Shown one piece after another: positions 27,501 through 40,184 of a stretch of 64,000 bases of DNA (position 1 is its first letter; every line of letters begins with the position of its first letter). Origin of the DNA: Octopus sinensis (lineage: Eukaryota); contig NC_043014.1 of assembly GCF_006345805.1 (NCBI RefSeq), forward strand, positions 36,766,001 through 36,830,000. The letters run 5' to 3'. The notes beneath the pieces are model-generated. The model had not been told where the DNA came from and ran no database searches. It saw only the letters and a program-made list of their open reading frames with translations. A program made the translations under genes and the position numbers.

Positions 27501-28726
27501 ACCCTTCTAGAAAGTGTTATGAAATGTGTGTGCTGTTGAATAAATATACACTATACTGTTGTATACTTCCAGCAAGAAACAGTAATCAAGGATTCTTTAT
27601 ATGTATACCTTCAATCACCGCATGTACTTGCCCGCTTCAATTCTGAGGATCTATGGTGCTTATTCTATTGCTCTATAAATATGTATGTATAATTGTTAAA
27701 GAGGGCAACAAATATTAAGGCAAAGCAAACATCTCAAATCATGTACATTGTAATTATTATTGGAAAAAATTCAAACTCTTACAGCTGTTTCTGGGATATC
27801 CCAGAGTATGGGTTATTCCGTCACCGGAGACAATTATGGAAAATGAAGATAGTATAGATTAATGGAATGATGACATAGAGGACAGGAGTAAAGGAATAAG
27901 GGATATGATATACTCTGGGATATCCCAGAAACATCGGGAAGACTTTGAATTTTTTCCAATAATAATAATGTATATGACTTGGAGTACACATGCAAGGCAA
28001 TTTCTTATGTATGACAAGTAAATCCAAATACGTATAGAGAAAATTACATCTTTTAATTGCAGAATTCACCTTACAAAGCTGACAATTGCTTCAGCTGAAT
28101 TAAAATATTTATATATAGAAAATATGATTGAAATTAATTTTTCGAAAAATACACGTTAACGCAACGTTATCAAGGTGATCCAAAATTAGTTAAATTCAAA
28201 GTAAACTCATGAAATATTTCCAGTACACGAACGTATACATAAAGAACGCTAGAAAGAAATATAATCTAATAAAAGCTATTTTTTGTATTCGATTATCGGT
28301 GACGTCACTGGATAATGAAAGTATAAAAAATAAACATAAGAATTCTACGTTACAACAATTAGAGAGACGTCATGCAAATTAGTTATCTATTTATTGAATT
28401 TAATAAACAATTTTAGAGAAATCATGCTTATCATATAACATATAAAAAGCAATTACAATCAAAAATAGGAATATTTAAAAGCCTTCCGAAATTTGTGGCA
28501 ACATTTCATTGTAAAATTCCTATCAAAATTTAATAAAATTAATTTAGAAGTAATTACGCAGCCTGCTTTCCAACCACATAGCTCCGGGTTCAGTCCCACT
28601 GCGTGCCACCTTGAACAAGTGTCTTGTGAGTGAATTTGGTTATCGGAAACTAGAAGAAACCCGTCGAATATGCGTGTGTGTCTTCTAGTATGCATCTTGT
28701 ACTATGTATATATGTGTATGAATGTG

Positions 28727-28769
<43 letters not shown>

Positions 28770-29572
28770 GTACATATATATATATAGTTGCATTACTATG
28801 TATGTACGCTTATGTATATACGTGTGAGTTTGAGTGTGTGTGTGTTTATGTGTGTGTGTATTTGTGTGTGTGTGCCTGTGTGTGTGTGGTGTGTGTGTGT
28901 GCGCGCGTGTTTGCACTCTGCGACGATCCACATTCAAATTCCACCATCCCCAGTCCATTGTTCGTTGCGAACGTTTAGGCTAAGTTCTGCTGGAAAGCTG
29001 TTTACATCAGTCTGGAATCCGTTGACGTGCTCGATTTAGTCCGTCACATACCTATGTAGAACCTTGATACTCACTGACTCTATGCAAGTGCTATCAATCG
29101 AACGGTTTCTACCCAGTGGGTTTCAGAGATCAGGAGCTAGTATGTACAACGCATCCTTTGTGATTTGAGTTGAGGAAATGATCAATGATTATTTCCACTA
29201 CAATTATGCCGTATGACTTTATCCGTTCGCCTTCTAACATATAACCTACTGCCTTTTCTGATCTACTACCCTCTTTTGCTACCACTTTGTTAAAACTAAC
29301 AAATGAAATTGGGAACATTCAGAATGGCATTCTTAACAATATTCCTAATTACTAATTACATAGAAATATACATGCATACCCGCATGCAAAAGACATATAC
29401 GCGCATGAAAATATAGATATACGCATGTCAAAAATATGCAAAAACTAATACACATACGTATTTAAAACTAAGCTTGCTCACTGATCTGAGGCTAATAGCA
29501 ACAATTTTTTTTTAAAAAGCGATAAATATTAACCAATGTGAACCAACGATAAGTAGCTCAGCTTTTGTTACG

Positions 29573-29877
29573 TTATTCCAAACTGATAGTTCGCGCAATT
29601 TCTGTTCCAAATGCTTTGCATGTGAAAGTTGTGTAATCTAAGTCTTTCTCTGTTACAAGGTAGTAATACTCCGCATCTATCGCAACAAAGCATTTGTCAC
29701 TATGTGGAACTATCTGTATTTTATAGAGCTTACGCCATAGATTGGGAGTCCCTATGGTCCATTTAAAAGTGACAGTTGGTGGAGAAGGTAACCCAACAAT
29801 TGCTGTACATCTGATGATCCATGGTCTTACGAAGGTTTTATCACTGACCATTTCCAGAGACTGTATATGAGATTTCG
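29573..29877 (-). CDS. Distal-cassette C exon, intact, 7 aa different from the proximal copy; no V exon of its own in the cassette
   Basis: Same acceptor, 305 nt open frame, TAA stop. Confidence 0.65.
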
Positions 29878-30571
29878 CTGGAAAAAAATGAATCAATATA
29901 TGTAATTCTTTCAACAATAAGCCTCACAATAAAATATTGTATATTTACACTGATGAAAATTACAATCTTCGTACAACACTGAAATATTTAACAACACTTC
30001 CGATGGACCCTTTTCGTTACTGGATCCAAGTGTTCAAATATCTAACTTTATAACAAAAGCAATGCTTAAGCAACGTAGAGCCAGACTAATCTGACATAAC
30101 TATAGAGACACAGATACATCATGCACGTATATACATGTATGTATGTATGTCTAAGTGTAATTAATCATATCGTATGTATGTATGACATATAGTATGTAAT
30201 CATGATGATATGATACAGTATCATGTAGTATGTGATAGTGTTGATGTATGTATGTATGATGCCATATGTATGTATGTATGTATGTATGTAGTGTATGTAT
30301 GTATGTATGTGCATGTTTGAAAGACGCTCCTTTTCTTTCAATAGAGTCTTCCTTGGAAAACAACTCCAATGGACGTGAGTTGTTTCCGGGCTTTCCATCT
30401 ACTTTTCTACTGTTTTCGTCACTAAGGAATATTTTTAGATGTTTGGGAGAATTAATTTTTCAAAACCCTTTACTTTCATATCTATTTTATCTCTCCTCAG
30501 CTCTTATCTGGACACAATCATTTAGAAAATGCGAACATTTGAAACGATGTACTCTTTACACTTTTACTTGT

Positions 30572-30930
30572 TTCAGTCAGTTGACTGCGGCCATGCTGGA
30601 GCACCGCCTTTAGTCGAGCAAATCGACCCCGGGACTTAGTCTTTATAAGCCCAGTACTTATTCTATCGGGCTCTTTTGCCGAACCGCTAAGTGACGGGGA
30701 CGTAAACACACCAGCATCGGTTGTCAAGCAATGCTAGGGGAACAAACACAGACAGACACAGACACACACACACACATATATATATACATATATACGACAG
30801 GCTTCTTTCAGTTTGCGTCTACCAAATCCACTCACAAGGCATTGGTCGGCCCGGGGCTATAGCAGAAGACACTTTCCCAAGATGTCACGCAGTGGGACTG
30901 AACCCGGAACCATGTGGTTGGTTAGCAAGC
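30572..30930 (-). mobile_element. Second SINE family, repeated in each cassette (~34556-34915, ~38547-38900); partial copies at 4654-4770, 6830-7050, ~28555
   Basis: Head ggttccgggttcagtcccactgcgtg and tail gcggccatgctggagcaccgcc. Confidence 0.8.
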
Positions 30931-31788
30931 TAGATGTGTGAACTTTCGTAAACAAAGTTTGTATAGAATTGGAAGCTACCTGTTGGAATGTTTCAGCTAT
31001 AACGAAAAAACACATTCAAAGCGTTCTGAGACTATAAGGACACTGCAATTTATCCAACATGCTCCAAATTTTATCGATGATGATCTCGGAAAATCAATGG
31101 GAGCCATCACTAAATAAAGTCTGCAATACACGGGAAATCCGTTTTATCCATACCAAACAGTTATTTAAGAAGGTTGAAAACCTTCACGAACATGGCAAGC
31201 TTTCGTTCTTCTCTGATCAGAAGAATCTCAACCAGATGGTTATGTACTGATTCTTCTGATGCGTTGAGGTGCTAAGACCTGAATAGATGAAGTACGAAGT
31301 GGAAGTCCACCTTCACACAAATCCATGTAACTCAAGAATGGATTTCAGGTAATCTTTACTATCATGCACCGCAAAACTTGTATTTCGACAAACATTTCTT
31401 TTTCTTATCGAATTACATTTCGCTTTCGCTAGATTAGAGTCATTTTATTAAATTACCAAATATTCCTTAAATGTTTCTCGCACCTTATACATCAATTAGC
31501 GAAGCATCCACTTCAATCTCCTGGAAGTAGTACAACTATGCACTGTACATATTTTCTAGAGTACTTTCAACACACTTAGAAATGTTGAACTTCTAAATGT
31601 CTCAGAGAGACATGAGCGGTGGTGGGGCGATATAGTGGTTGTATACTGTCAACTCAGCGTGACAAAGGAATCACACCACTGCTATTTAGCCCTAGGAAGC
31701 ATCGACGCTTCCTGTCGGCTTTGACACATTTCCTGTGTCCTTATATTTGCAAAGGGGAGGCAAGGACCCCCGCCAGCTAGGATTAGCA

Positions 31789-31834
31789 CCTGAAGACATG
31801 CATGTTTCTGGGTCTTGCCCATCATCAGTCCAGG
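31789..31834 (-). ncRNA. Type I hammerhead ribozyme, distal cassette
   Basis: Identical to 39760-39805. Confidence 0.9.
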
Positions 31835-31861
31835 GTAGTAAGTCCTGCTAGCTGAGATGGC

Positions 31862-32357
31862 TATATAAAACTGTAGTTGTGTGAGTGTCTGTCCCCTTCG
31901 ATTTAGATTCCTAACTACTCCACATTTTGCGGTGCAGTTTAACCAAATTTGGGTATCTTATAGTTGTGATTCATATCGAGCCCGTCTGAGTATTAGCGCG
32001 CGTCTACGATGAGTCTACGATTTTAAAAATAATTTAACATCATTTTTTATTCCATTTTAATGCATAATTTTTCGTGTGTCAATGGCGGCGGAGTTGGCGT
32101 CCATGGTAACACCTGCACCTGTTTGCCTTCCCCTTCCTCGTGAAGCTGTGGGGAAGGGAGTGTAAGGAAATCAACGTCGTAAAGCGTTGTCAAGGAGACC
32201 AGCATTCTTTTAGAACAACGACTTCATGGCTTGAAGACACCAAAATAGAAATGGCTAAGAAAGCCCGAATTGACATCTATAAGGGAAGTAACTCTCTAAA
32301 AATGCTTATATAGTTATTTCCCTTACAAACCCGAGCAACGCCGGGCGATACGGCTAG
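31862..32357 (+). mobile_element. Non-autonomous Helitron at cassette junction 1
   Basis: tatataaaactg head, hairpin cccgagcaacgccggg, CTAG|T end. Confidence 0.85.
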
Positions 32358-32827
32358 TAATCTAATAAAAGCTATTTTTTGTATTCGATTATCGGTGACG
32401 TCACTGGATAATGAAAGTATAAAAAAATAAACATAAGAATTCTACGTTACAACATAGAGAGACTTCATGCAAATTAGTTATCTATTTATTGAATTTAATA
32501 AACAATTTTAGAGAAATCATGCATTATCATATAATATAAAAACAATTACAATCAAAAATAGGAATATTTAAAAGCCTTCCGAAATTTGTGGCAACATTTC
32601 ATTGTAAAATTCCTATCAAAATTTAATAAAATTAATTTAGAAGTAATTACGCAGCCTGCTTTCCAACCACATAGCTCCGGGTTCAGTCCCACTGCGTGCC
32701 ACCTTGACAAGTGTCTTGTGAGTGAATTTGGTTATCGGAAACTAGAAGAAACCCGTCGAATATGCGTGTGTGTCTTCTAGTATGCATCTTGTACGTATGT
32801 ATATATGTGTATGAATGTGTATGTGTA

Positions 32828-32860
<33 letters not shown>

Positions 32861-33671
32861 GATATATATATAACGTACATATATTATAGTTGCATTACTA
32901 TGTATGTACGCTTATGTATATACGTGTGAGTTTGAGTGTGTGTGTGTTTATGTGTGTGTGTATTTGTGTGTGTGTGCCTCTGTGTGTGTGTGTGTGTGTG
33001 TGTGTGCGCGTGTTTGCACTCTGCCGACGATCCACATTCAAATTCCACCATCCCCAGTCCATTGTTCGTTGCGAACGTTTAGGCTAAGTTCTGCTGGAAA
33101 GCTGTTTACATCAGTCTGGAATCCGTTGACGTGCTCGATTTAGTCCGTCCACATACCTATGTAGAACCTTGATACTCACTGACTCTATGCAAGTGCTATC
33201 AATCGAACGGTTTCTACCCATGGGTTTCAGAGATCAGGAGCTAGTATGAACAACGCATCCTTTGTGATTTGAGTTGAGGAAATGATCAATGATTATTTCC
33301 ACTACAATTATGCCGTACGACTTTATCCGTTCGCCTTCTAACATATAACCTACTGCCTTTTCTGATCTACTACCCTCTTTTGCTACCACTTTGTTAAAAC
33401 TAACAATGAAATTGGGAACATTCAGAATGGCATTCTTAACATATTCCTAATTACTAATTACATAGAAATATACATGCATACTCGCATGCAAAAGACATAT
33501 ACGCGCATGAAAATATAGATATACGCATGTCAAAAATATGCAAAACTAATACACATACGTATTTAAAACTAAGCTTGCTCACTGATCTGAGGCTAATAGC
33601 AACAATTTTTTTAAAAAGCGATAAAATATTAACCAATGTGAACCAAGATAAGTAGCTCAGCTTTTGTTACG

Positions 33672-33975
33672 TCATTCCAAACTGATAGTTCGCGCAATTT
33701 CTGTTCCAAATGCTTTGCATGTGAAAGTTGTGTAATCTAAGTCTTTCTCTGTTACAAGGTAGTAATACTCCGCATCTACCACAACAAAGCATTTGTCACT
33801 ATGTGGAACTCTCTGTATTTTATAGAGCTTAAGCCATAGATCGGGAGTCCCTATGGTCCATTTAAAAGTGACAGTTGGTGGAGAAGGTAACCCAACATTG
33901 CTGTACATCTGAAGATCCATGGTCTTACGAAGGTTTTATCACTGACCATTCCCAGAGACTGTATATGAGATTTCG
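33672..33975 (-). pseudogene. Middle-cassette C exon with a 1-nt deletion near 33897 (real frameshift or consensus error)
   Basis: Otherwise matches 37651-37955; caacattg vs caacaattg. This cassette has many other 1-nt deletions. Confidence 0.6.
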
Positions 33976-35772
33976 CTGGAAAAAAATGAATCAATATATG
34001 TAATTCTTTCAACAATAAGCCTCACAATAAATATTGTATATTTACACTGATGAAAATTACAATCTTCGTACAACACTGAAATATTTAACAACACTTCCGA
34101 TGGACCCTTTTCGTTACTGGTTCCAAGTGTTCAAATATCTAACTTTATAACAAAAGCAATGCTTAAGCAACGTAGAGCCAGACTAATGACAATAACTATA
34201 GAGACACAGATACAATCATGCACGTATATACATGTGTATGTATGTATGTATGTATGTATGTATGTATGTATGTATGTATGTATGTATGTATGTGCATGTT
34301 TGAAAGACGCTCCTTTTCTTTCAATAGAGTCTTCCTTGGAAAACAACTCCAATGGACGTGAGTTGTTTCCGAGCTTTCCATCTACTTTTCTACTGTTTTC
34401 GTCACTAAGGAATATTTTTAGATGTTTGGGAGAATTAATTTTTCAAAACCCTTTACTTTCATATCTATTTTATCTCTCCTCAGCTCTTATGCTGGACACA
34501 ATCATTTAGAAAATGCGAACATTTGAAACGATGTACTCTTTACACTTTTACTTGTTTCAGTCAGTTGACTGCGGCCATGCTGGAGCACCGCCTTTAGTCG
34601 AGCAAATCGACCCCGGGACTTAGTCTTTATAAGCCCAGTACTTATTCTATCGGGCTCTTTTGCCGAACCGCTAAGTGACGGGGACGTAAACACACCAGCA
34701 TCGGTTGTCAAGCAATGCTAGGGGGACAAACACAGACAGACACACACCCCACACACACATATATATATACATATATACGACAGGCTTCTTTCAGTTTGCG
34801 TCTACCAAATCCACTCACAAGGCATTGGTCGGCCCGGGGCTATAGCAGAAGACACTTTCCCAAGATGTCACGCAGTGGGACTGAACCCGGAACCATGTGG
34901 TTGGTTAGCAAGCTAGATGTGTGAACTTTCGTAAACAAAGTTTGTATAGAATTGGAAGCTACCTGTTGGAATGTTTCAGCTATAACGAAAAAAACACATT
35001 CAAAGCGTTCTGAGACTATAAGGACACTGCAATTTATCCAACATGCTCCAAATTTTATCGATGATGATCTCGGAAAATCAATGGGAGCCATCACTAAATA
35101 AAGTCTGCAATACACGGGAAATCCGTTTTATCCATACCAAACAGTTATTTAAGAAGGTTGAAAACCTTCACGAACATGGCAAGCTTTCGTTCTTCTCTGA
35201 TCAGAAGAATCTCAACCAGATGGTTATGTACTGATTCTTCTGATGCGTTGAGGTGCTAAGACCTGAATAAATGAAGTACGAAGTGGAAGTCCACCTTCAC
35301 ACAAATCCATGTAACTCAAGAATGGATTTCAGGCAATCTTTACTATCATGCAACGCAAAACTTGTATTTCGACAAAAATCTCTTTTTCTTATCGAATTAC
35401 ATTTCGCTTTCGCTAGATTAGAGTCATTTTATTAAATTACCAAATATTCCTTAAATGTTTCTCGCACCTTATACATCAATTAGCGAAGCATCCACTTCAA
35501 TCTCCCGGAAGTAGTACAACTATGCACTGTACATATTTTCTAGAGTACTTTCAACACACTTAGAAATGTTGAATTTCTAAATGTCTCAGAGAGACATGAG
35601 CGGTGGTGGGGCGATATAGTGGTTGTATACTGTCAACTCAGCGTGACAAAGGAATCACACCACTGCTATTTAGCCCTAGGAAGCATCGACGCTTCCTGTC
35701 GGCTTTGACACATTTCCTGTGTCCTTATATTTGCAAAGGGGAGGCAAGGACCCCCGCCAGCTAGGATTAGCA

Positions 35773-35818
35773 CCTGAAGACATGCATGTTTCTGGGTCTT
35801 GCCCATCATCAGTCCAGG
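35773..35818 (-). ncRNA. Type I hammerhead ribozyme, middle cassette
   Basis: Identical to 39760-39805. Confidence 0.9.
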
Positions 35819-35845
35819 GTAGTAAGTCCTGCTAGCTGAGATGGC

Positions 35846-36343
35846 TATATAAAACTGTAGTTGTGTGAGTGTCTGTCCCCTTCGATTTAGATTCCTAACT
35901 ACTCCCACATTTTGCGGTGCAGTTTAACCAAATTCGGGTATCTTATAGTTGTGATTCATATCGAGCCCGTCTGAGTATTAGCGCGCGTCTACGATGAGTC
36001 TACGATTTTAAAAATAATTTAACATCATTTTTTATTCCATTTTAATGCATAATTTTTCGTGTGTCAATGGCGGCGGAGTTGGCGTCCATGGTAACACCTG
36101 CACCTGTTTGCTTCTCCCCTTCCTCGTGAAGCTGTGGGGAAGGGAGTGTAAGGAAATCAACGTCGTAAAGCGTTGTCAAGGAGACCAGCATTCTTTTAGA
36201 ACAACGACTTCATGGCTTGAAGACACCAAAATAGAAATGGCTAAGAAAGCCCGAATTGACATCTATAAGGGAAGTAACTCTCTAAAAATGCTTATATAGT
36301 TATTTCCCTTACAAACCCGAGCAACGCCGGGCGATACGGCTAG
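35846..36343 (+). mobile_element. Non-autonomous Helitron at cassette junction 2
   Basis: Near-identical to 31862-32357. Confidence 0.85.
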
Positions 36344-36809
36344 TAATCTAATAAAAGCTATTTTTTGTATTCGATTATCGGTGACGTCACTGGATAATGA
36401 AAGTATAAAAAATAAACATAAGAATTCTACGTTACAACAATTAGAGAGACTTCATGCAAATTAGTTATCTATTTATTGAATTTAATAAACAATTTTAGAG
36501 AAATCATGCATATCATATAACATATAAAAAGCAATTACAATCAAAAATAGGAATATTTAAAAGCCTTCCGAAATTTGTGGCAACATTTCATTGTAAAATT
36601 CCTATCAAAATTTAATAAAATTAATTTAGAAGTAATTACGCAGCCTGCTTTCCAACCACATAGCTCCGGGTTCAGTCCCACTGCGTGCCACCTTGAACAA
36701 GTGTCTTGTGAGTGAATTTGGTTATCGGAAACTAGAAGAAACCCGTCGAATATGCGTGTGTGTCTTCTAGTATGCATCTTGTACGTATGTATATATGTGT
36801 ATGAATGTG

Positions 36810-36846
<37 letters not shown>

Positions 36847-36953
36847 GTACATATATATATATAGTTGCATTACTATGTATGTACGCTTATGTATATACGT
36901 GTGAGTTTGAGTGTGTGTGTGTTTATGTGTGTGTGTATTTGTGTGTGTGTGCC

Positions 36954-36985
<32 letters not shown>

Positions 36986-37650
36986 TGTTTGCACTCTGCC
37001 GACGATCCACATTCAAATTCCACCATCCCCAGTCCATTGTTCGTTGCGAACGTTTAGGCTAAGTTCTGCTGGAAAGCTGTTTACATCAGTCTGGAATCCG
37101 TTGACGTGCTCGATTTAGTCCGTCACATACCTATGTAGAACCTTGATACTCACTGACTCTATGCAAGTGCTATCAATCGAACGGTTTCTACCCAGTGGGT
37201 TTCAGAGATCAGGAGCTAGTATGAACAACACATCCTTTGTGATTTGAGTTGAGGAAATGATCAATGATTATTTCCACTACAATTATGCCGTACGACTTTA
37301 TCCGTTCGCCTTCTAACATATAACCTACTGCCTTTTCTGATCTACTACCCTCTTTTGCTACCACTTTGTTAAAACTAACAAATGAAATTGGGAACATTCA
37401 GAATGGCATTCTTAACAATATTCCTAATTACTAATTACATAGAAATATACATGCATACTCGCATGCAAAAGACATATACGCGCATGAAAATATAGATATA
37501 CGCATGTCAAAAATATGCAAAAACTAATACACATACGTATTTAAAACTAAGCTTGCTCACTGATCTGAGGCTAATAGCAACAATTTTTTTAAAAAGCGAT
37601 AAAATATTAACCAATGTGAACCAAAGATAAGTAGCTCAGCTTTTGTTACG

Positions 37651-37955
37651 TCATTCCAAACTGATAGTTCGCGCAATTTCTGTTCCAAATGCTTTGCATG
37701 TGAAAGTTGTGTAATCTAAGTCTTTCTCTGTTACAAGGTAGTAATACTCCGCATCTACCACAACAAAGCATTTGTCACTATGTGGAACTCTCTGTATTTT
37801 ATAGAGCTTAAGCCATAGATCGGGAGTCCCTATGGTCCATTTAAAAGTGACAGTTGGTGGAGAAGGTAACCCAACAATTGCTGTACATCTGAAGATCCAT
37901 GGTCTTACGAAGGTTTTATCACTGACCATTCCCAGAGACTGTATATGAGATTTCG
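37651..37955 (-). CDS. Gene B exon 3 (proximal cassette): C-like Ig domain ending ISLE*
   Basis: Acceptor ttttttccag|CG (G+CG = Ala), 305 nt. Contains PWIFRCTAIVGLP, FKW and KDLDYTTFTC. Confidence 0.85.
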
Positions 37956-39547
37956 CTGGAAAAAAATGAATCAATATATGTAATTCTTTCAACAATAAGC
38001 CTCACAATAAAATATTGTATATTTACACTGATGAAAATTACAATCTTCGTACAACACTGAAATATTTAACAACACTTCCGATGGACCCTTTTCGTTACTG
38101 GTTCCAAGTGTTCAAATATCTAACTTTATAACAAAAGCAATGCTTAAGCAACGTAGAGCCAGACTAATCTGACAATAACTATAGAGACACAGATACAATC
38201 ATGCACGTATATACATGTGTATGTATGTATGTATGTATGTATGTATGTATGTATGTATGTATGTATGTATGTATGTATGTATGTGCATGTTTGAAAGACG
38301 CTCCTTTTCTTTCAATAGAGTCTTCCTTGGAAAACATCTCCAATGGACGTGAGTTGTTTCCGAGCTTTCCATCTACTTTTCTACTGTTTTCGTCACTAAG
38401 GAATATTTTTAGATGTTTGGGAGAATTAATTTTTCAAAACTCTTTACTTTCATATCTATTTTATCTCTCCTCAGCTCTTATGCTGGACACAATCATTTAG
38501 AAAACGCGAACATTTGAAACGATGTACTCTTTACACTTTTACTTGTTTCAGTCAGTTGACTGCGGCCATGCTGGAGCACCGCCTTTAGTCGAGCAAATCG
38601 ACCCCGGGACTTAGTCTTTATAAGCCCAGTACTTATTCTATCGGGCTCTTTTGCCGAACCGCTAAGTGACGGGGACGTAAACACACCAGCATCGGTTGTC
38701 AAGCAATGCTAGGGGGACAAACACAGACAGACAGACAGACACACACATATATATATACATATATACGACGGGCTTCTTTCAGTTTGCGTCTACCAAATCC
38801 ACTCACAAGGCATTGGTCGGCCCGGGGCTATAGCAGAAGACACTTTCCCAAGATGTCACGCAGTGGGACTGAACCCGGAACCATGTGGTTGGTTAGCAAG
38901 CTAGATGTGTGAACTTTCGTAAACAAAGTTTGTATAGAATTGGAAGCTACCTGTTGGAATGTTTCAGCTATAACGAAAAAAACACATTCAAAGCGTTCTG
39001 AGACTATAAGGACACTGCAATTTATCCAACATGCTCCAAATTTTATCGATGATGATCTCGGAAAATCAATGGAGCCATCACTAAATAAAGTCTGCAATAC
39101 ACGGGAAATCCGTTTTATCCATACCAAACAGTTATTTAAGAAGGTTGAAAACCTTCACGAACATGACAAGCTTTCGTTCTTCTCTGATCAGAAGAACCTC
39201 AACCAGATGGTTATGTACTGATTCTTCTGATGCGTTGAGGTGCTAAGACCTGAATAGATGAAGTACGAAGTGGAAGTCCACCTTCACACAAATCCATGTA
39301 ACTCAAGAATGGATTTCAGGCAATCTTTACTATCATGCACCGCAAAACTTGTATTTCGACAAACATTTCTTTTTCTTATCGAATTACATTTCGCTTTCGC
39401 TAGATTAGAGTCATTTTATTAAATTACCAAATATTCCTTAAATGTTTCTCGCACCTTATACATCAATTAGCGAAGCATCCACTTCAATCTCCCGGAAGTA
39501 GTACAACTATGCACTGTACATATTTTCTAGAGAACTTTCAACACACT

Positions 39548-40036
39548 TAGAAATATTGAATTTCTAAATGTCTCAGAGAGACATGAGCGGTGGTGGGGCG
39601 ATATAGTGGTTGTATACTGTCAACTCAGCGTGACAAAGGAATCACACCACTGCTATTTAGCCCTAGGAAGCATCGACGCTTCCTGTCGGCTTTGACACAT
39701 TTCCTGTGTCCTTATATTTGCAAAGGGGAGGCAAGGACCCCCGCCAGCTAGGATTAGCACCTGAAGACATGCATGTTTCTGGGTCTTGCCCATCATCAGT
39801 CCAGGGTAGTAAGTCCTGCTAGCTGAGATGGCTGCAACCGCTTTTCAAATATATAATATTTTCAGTGAAATTTATTCACTGGTTACCAAAATTAGAAATA
39901 TTGAATTTTTAAAATGTCTCAGAGAGACATGAGCGGTGGTGGGGCGATATAGTGATTGTATACTGTCAACTCAACGTGACAGTCCCGTAAAGGGAATCAC
40001 ACCACCTCTATTTAGCCCTAGGAAGCATCGAATATA
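39548..40036 (-). mobile_element. Retrozyme-like insertion (~1.4 units of a ~346-bp repeat) carrying the hammerhead
   Basis: Flanked by direct repeat tttcaacacact (39536-39547, 40037-40048). Internal direct repeat 39548-39672 vs 39894-40031. Absent from the matching intron of gene A. Confidence 0.7.
39760..39805 (-). ncRNA. Type I hammerhead ribozyme, intact core, in intron 2 of gene B
   Basis: Minus strand: cctgga CTGATGA tggg caaga ccca GAAA catgcatg TC ttcagg. 6-bp stem I, 4-bp stem II, palindromic stem III, GUC site. Confidence 0.9.
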
Positions 40037-40184
40037 TTTCAACACACTGAAAAACAGAAATCTTAACACAAAAATAAGGTTGAACATGCCCAAGGCAACG
40101 CATGAAGAGCCTGCAATAAAAATACGCTTCTGAAAATCAATCAATAATGGAACTGCATTAGTAAAAGCAAGTAGTAAAACTGAC

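Larger units (their letters stand above)
28262..39833. repeat. Three tandem ~3.5 kb cassettes (28262-31862, 32358-35846, 36344-39833) separated by ~0.5 kb Helitrons
   Basis: Near-identical sequence restarts at taatctaataaaagct (28262, 32358, 36344) and ends at ctgagatggct. Confidence 0.9.

Noticed and set aside
29130-29318. 62-aa ORF MFPISF... repeated in the cassettes
   Set aside because: Frame not conserved in gene A; no domain motif.
38940-39221. 93-aa plus-strand ORF in intron 2
   Set aside because: Repeats only because of the cassette; not preserved in gene A.
28262-39833. V(D)J-like or class-switch recombination signals
   Set aside because: No heptamer-nonamer pairs or switch-type repeats seen. 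CACAGTG-like hits are expected by chance, and the analogy to antibodies is architectural only.
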